21,958 bases of DNA from contig JBFLGF010000069.1 of assembly GCA_050230475.1 (NCBI GenBank), forward strand, positions 62,001-83,958, given 5' to 3'. This DNA comes from Ancylonema sp. Taxonomy: Eukaryota. Under the pieces are notes generated by a model that was given only the letters and a program-made list of their open reading frames with translations, had not been told where the DNA came from and did no database searches. Positions 21,227 to 21,958 of this stretch are shown here, one piece after another; positions within the stretch are counted from its first letter, which is position 1, and each line of letters opens with the position of its first letter. The position numbers were made by a program, and so were the translations under genes.

Positions 21227-21227
21227 N
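21227..21227. other. Assembly gap/ambiguous base N marking a join
   Basis: Single n with an abrupt switch from Nup96 coding sequence to MITE/promoter sequence. Confidence 0.9.
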
Positions 21228-21228
21228 A

Positions 21229-21958
21229 GTGTATTCGTTGTAGCCGTGCTTAACACGTGTGTGTGTAAACGATGCTAGATAGCACAACGAAGTGATAATG
21301 ATACCATTGCAAGTATTCACACTCCAATCAGCAAATAAGACAATATGAAATGGTGATTTTTTTTCAGCGACATGGCAGACGAAGTTCACGGACTATGAGA
21401 GCAAAATTTTGAGTTTTGAGTTTCCCTCGTTACAGGCTTATCTGCCTCAGGGCCCCTGGCAAATTTGCCTGTAACGCGATGTCCATGTTACAGACTCATC
21501 CACGTTATAGACGCACGTTTCCAGTGAACCAAAGGTGTGCCTATAACGAGTATGTACTGTAGATGACGTTCATCGATTTTTCCCCCCATTCCTAATCGAC
21601 GTCAGCACGTGTTATGACGTCATAATTCTTTACAGGCGCAAAATCACTCCGTGCCGGTACCGTGGTATGTGCCTACATCGAAGACGATTTGGCGGGGAAA
21701 AGTCGGCACAAACGATTTTGATGCCTATACCGCGATTATGCCTACGACGAGCGTGCCTACAACGAGTATTTACATGAATAAATGAAGAACTCTCACGCAT
21801 CCGTACAGAATTGTACCTCTCATTTCTGGTCTGTAGGGGCGTTTCTGCCGGAGACCCAGCCTGCAGGTATCCCTACGCACTTCAATGCAATATCTGCTCC
21901 TTTCCTGGTACCTCAGCAATGCCAGACCGAACGCGCTCGTGTGATTTACAAATTCTGA
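21229..21958 (+). repeat. Apparently exact duplicate of 10410-11139 (MITE right part, Nup98 promoter, 5'-UTR start)
   Basis: Constant offset of 10819 from gtgtattcgttgtagcc to aaattctga; no differences seen by eye. Confidence 0.95.

Noticed and set aside
17184..21256. Numerous Pro/Leu/Ser-rich minus-strand and Arg/Gly-rich alternative-frame ORFs
   Set aside because: By-products of G-rich low-complexity Nup96 codons that lack stops in other frames.

Overview
Eukaryotic, intron-rich genomic DNA. The Nup98 motifs are of the plant type, which suggests a streptophyte, possibly an alga or early-diverging plant (inference). (1) 1-9156: three head-to-tail, apparently sequence-identical copies of a ~3.5-kb unit. 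Each carries a two-exon gene of unknown function (~379 aa) that the ORF track splits in two. Copies 1 and 3 end in a (GGAGAGT)n array; copy 2 has a 198-bp intronic deletion and a 3' truncation. (2) 9933-10954: nested, oppositely oriented pogo/Tigger-like MITE copies directly upstream of the next gene. (3) 11173->19371: a Nup98-Nup96 polyprotein gene with 13 coding exons reconstructed from phase-consistent GT-AG junctions. It encodes FG repeats, GLEBS, the autoproteolytic domain with HF/SRYGL, then Nup96 in the same frame. Exon 5 has a 1-nt frameshift and the Nup96 3' exons are missing. (4) 19475-21226: a diverged but still open second copy of the Nup96 exon. An N follows at 21227, then an apparently exact repeat of the Nup98 upstream region (21229-21958 = 10410-11139). 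Several of these duplications could be assembly or haplotype artefacts. No prokaryotic systems, CRISPR arrays or RNA genes are supported.
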